Assembly: GCA_025937755.1 (NCBI GenBank)
Contig: JAICQR010000003.1
Location: forward strand, 1-58,151
Source of the DNA: Gemmatimonadales bacterium
Lineage (GTDB): Bacteria; Gemmatimonadota; Gemmatimonadetes; Gemmatimonadales; GWC2-71-9
Direction of reading: 5' to 3'
DNA: 58,151 nucleotides
Below the pieces are notes generated by a model, which was not told where the DNA came from, made no database searches, and saw nothing but the letters and a program-made list of their open reading frames with translations. Positions 56,488-58,151 of this stretch are shown here, in pieces. Made by a program: the position numbers and the translations under genes. Each line of letters begins with the position of its first letter. Positions within the stretch are counted from its first letter, which is position 1.

Positions 56488-57387
56488 TCAGTAGCGCCGC
56501 ATCCGAACGTCATTGGAGCTGCGGAGCCCCAGCGCGAGGATCAGCCGGCGCGGCCGGAAGCCGTCTTTTGTCACCTGGACGTATTGCGTCCGGCACGCGT
56601 CCACCAGCGACTGGTCGAATACCAGCCGGTAGCGGCCTTCGTCATCGGCAAACGTGTGGTACGACGTGCCGATGATCTGGAGCAGCGCGCCGGCCAGCGG
56701 GGTGGACGTCCCCTCCCGAAAGACCCGCCCCTCGACGTGACCCATTTCGGGGGTCTCACCCGGCAGCAACGCGCGTCGAGGCCGGGGGCGACAGTCGTTC
56801 TCGCGATCCTCGGTGACTTCGGTGGCCCAGCGGCGCTCGACTGACGGGCCGTCCATTCGACTCGATCCGACACGGGGCGCGCCGAAGAGTCGCTGCGCCT
56901 CGGCTTCGATGGGGAGGAGGGACAACTCCGTGGGCGGCTCGGCGGCTCGGCGGCTCGGCGACTCGGGCATCGGAGGTTCCGGTGCCATGGCCGGCGGAGC
57001 CTCGCCCGGGGGCGCGTCCTCGGGCGGAGGCTCCCGCTCGATGGTGACTTCCTCGGGCGTATCAGGACCACGAGTGACCTGGGGCCGGGGGACGCGGTCG
57101 GGTGGCGGCTCGGGTTCGGGCGGCTCGGGTGGCTCGGCGGCTCGGCGGCTGGGCGGCTCCGCCGGGGCGACTGGTTGCGGCGTCGGTGGCAGAGGTGGGA
57201 GTTCCACGTAACGCGTCACCGCCTGCTGCTCCGCCGGGGCCAGCTCCGGGGCGTCGCTCTGCCGAGAAACGCCGGCGATGGCCAGCACCAGCAGCAGGTG
57301 GGTGCCGAGGCTCGCGCCAATGGCGCCCCACGTCCATCCAGTGTCGTCGGCGAGGTCAGGCAGGTGGGGCGGGGCGACTGGTCTCAC
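56488..57387 (-). CDS. TM anchor, Pro-rich linker and carboxypeptidase-regulatory-like beta domain (TonB-like architecture)
   Basis: SLGTH in the TM helix (SxxxH), Pro-rich spacer, VEGRV..T.TPLAGA..D.EGRY. Confidence 0.65.
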   Translation of the reverse strand: MRPVAPPHLPDLADDTGWTWGAIGASLGTHLLLVLAIAGVSRQSDAPELAPAEQQAVTRYVELPPLPPTPQPVAPAEPPSRRAAEPPEPPEPEPPPDRVPRPQVTRGPDTPEEVTIEREPPPEDAPPGEAPPAMAPEPPMPESPSRRAAEPPTELSLLPIEAEAQRLFGAPRVGSSRMDGPSVERRWATEVTEDRENDCRPRPRRALLPGETPEMGHVEGRVFREGTSTPLAGALLQIIGTSYHTFADDEGRYRLVFDQSLVDACRTQYVQVTKDGFRPRRLILALGLRSSNDVRMRRY

Positions 57388-57465
57388 GGGCCTAAAGATA
57401 AGGCGTAGGCAAAGGGCACAGTGGGCAAGGCGTGAGGCGTGGACCGCGCAGCGCGGCGGTGTTGC

Positions 57466-57906
57466 TCAGGGGTCTATTCGCCCGATCCGCCCCAGCAAGT
57501 GGGCCAATACCCCAACGTCATGATGCGAGAGAGCGGCGAGGGTCGCAGCGTTCACTTCTTCGGCTGCGGGGAGCAGCTTTTCCGCGACCCGTCTGCCCTC
57601 GGGCTCGAGTTGACACAGGATCTGGCGCCGGTCAGCGCTGTCCCGCGTCCGCCGAATCAGCCCGTCCCGTACCAATCGGTCGACCAGTCGAGTAATTCCT
57701 GGGGAGCGCTCCGGCAGGCGCCTGGCGATTTCCAGCGTGGGCAGTCCATCCGACACATCCCTAAGTATCGCAAGTACTTGAGCCTGCTGGAGAGTGACAC
57801 CGCTCCCGGCTATGGCCCGCTCCTGGCGCAACCGCACAGTTTCGGCAGCTCGCAGCAGTGCCGCGACAGTGGAGGCAGCACGGGTCGGATCGTGGGTAAC
57901 GGCCAT
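57466..57906 (-). CDS. MarR family regulator
   Basis: TLQQAQVLAIL, PGITRLVDRL..GLI.R..DRR. Confidence 0.9.
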   Translation of the reverse strand: MAVTHDPTRAASTVAALLRAAETVRLRQERAIAGSGVTLQQAQVLAILRDVSDGLPTLEIARRLPERSPGITRLVDRLVRDGLIRRTRDSADRRQILCQLEPEGRRVAEKLLPAAEEVNAATLAALSHHDVGVLAHLLGRIGRIDP

Positions 57907-57919
57907 GGAACCAGTATGC

Positions 57920-57943
57920 TAGTCAATGATTGATTAGTCAATG
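57920..57943. promoter_or_regulatory. MarR operator candidate
   Basis: TAGTCAAT-g-ATTGATTA inverted repeat plus TAGTCAATG direct repeat upstream of marR. Confidence 0.55.
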
Positions 57944-57982
57944 TTATCATATCGCGTTGTCGCCGTCGCGCCGACTAGACTT

Positions 57983-58013
57983 GCCGCCTTACCGCCTTAC
58001 CGCCTTACCGCCC
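57983..58013. repeat. Octamer repeat (ACCGCCTT)x~4
   Basis: Read directly; abuts copy 2 of the structured element. Confidence 0.8.
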
Positions 58014-58020
58014 GCTCGCC

Positions 58021-58143
58021 CCGCTGCCTCCCTCCGGCGCCTGAGGCCGGCGGGCCGCCCCACATCGAAGGGCGCCGCGAGGGATGCATCCTGCCGGGGG
58101 CGCCCGCCGAGCCACGCCGCCTTCGGGAGGCAGCGGAGCTCGC
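58021..58143. repeat. Structured dispersed element, copy 2
   Basis: CCGCTGCCTCCC (58021-58032) and GGGAGGCAGCGG (58125-58136); ends homologous to 6416-6580. Confidence 0.8.
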
Positions 58144-58151
58144 GCCTGGCC

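Noticed and set aside
57958-57981. Second PafBC-like promoter (TGTCGC...TAGACT)
   Set aside because: Spacer is 12 nt rather than 10, and no downstream gene is visible

Overview
GC-rich bacterial window, about 60 protein-coding genes. I found no rRNA, tRNA, CRISPR array, transposase or integrase. Three Ser/Thr kinases of the 'RYxIERELGRGGMATV..VAxKVLHPELA' type suggest Gemmatimonadota (inference only). Main points: (1) At 40.3-49.7 kb there is a translationally coupled operon: addB-like nuclease, addA-like helicase-nuclease, two PafB/PafC-like WYL regulators, a small protein and a rhomboid protease. It is preceded by a near-perfect match to the actinobacterial PafBC (RecA-NDp) promoter, TGTCGc-N10-TAAGTT, 7 nt before a leaderless ATG. 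This is a candidate PafBC-type DNA-damage circuit with no pup/pafA genes in the window. (2) At 6.6-14.1 kb there is a heme-copper oxidoreductase cluster. Subunit I has Gln in place of the active-site Tyr (GHSAQQIN), as in eNOR-type NO reductases. The cluster also has a CuA subunit II, a small subunit, SCO, an Rrf2 regulator with a palindromic operator, and a divergent cytochrome b-ferredoxin-MvhD-like fusion. (3) A two-copy structured element with covarying terminal inverted repeats lies at 6.4 kb and 58.0 kb, and many 7/8/9-nt tandem arrays sit at gene 3' ends. (4) Also present: an ECF42 locus with twin divergent promoters, an AAC(3)-I homolog with no integron context, a deletion-fused SRPBCC pseudogene, and a 50-aa basic protein missed by the ORF track. 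All family calls come from motif recognition; no database searches were run.
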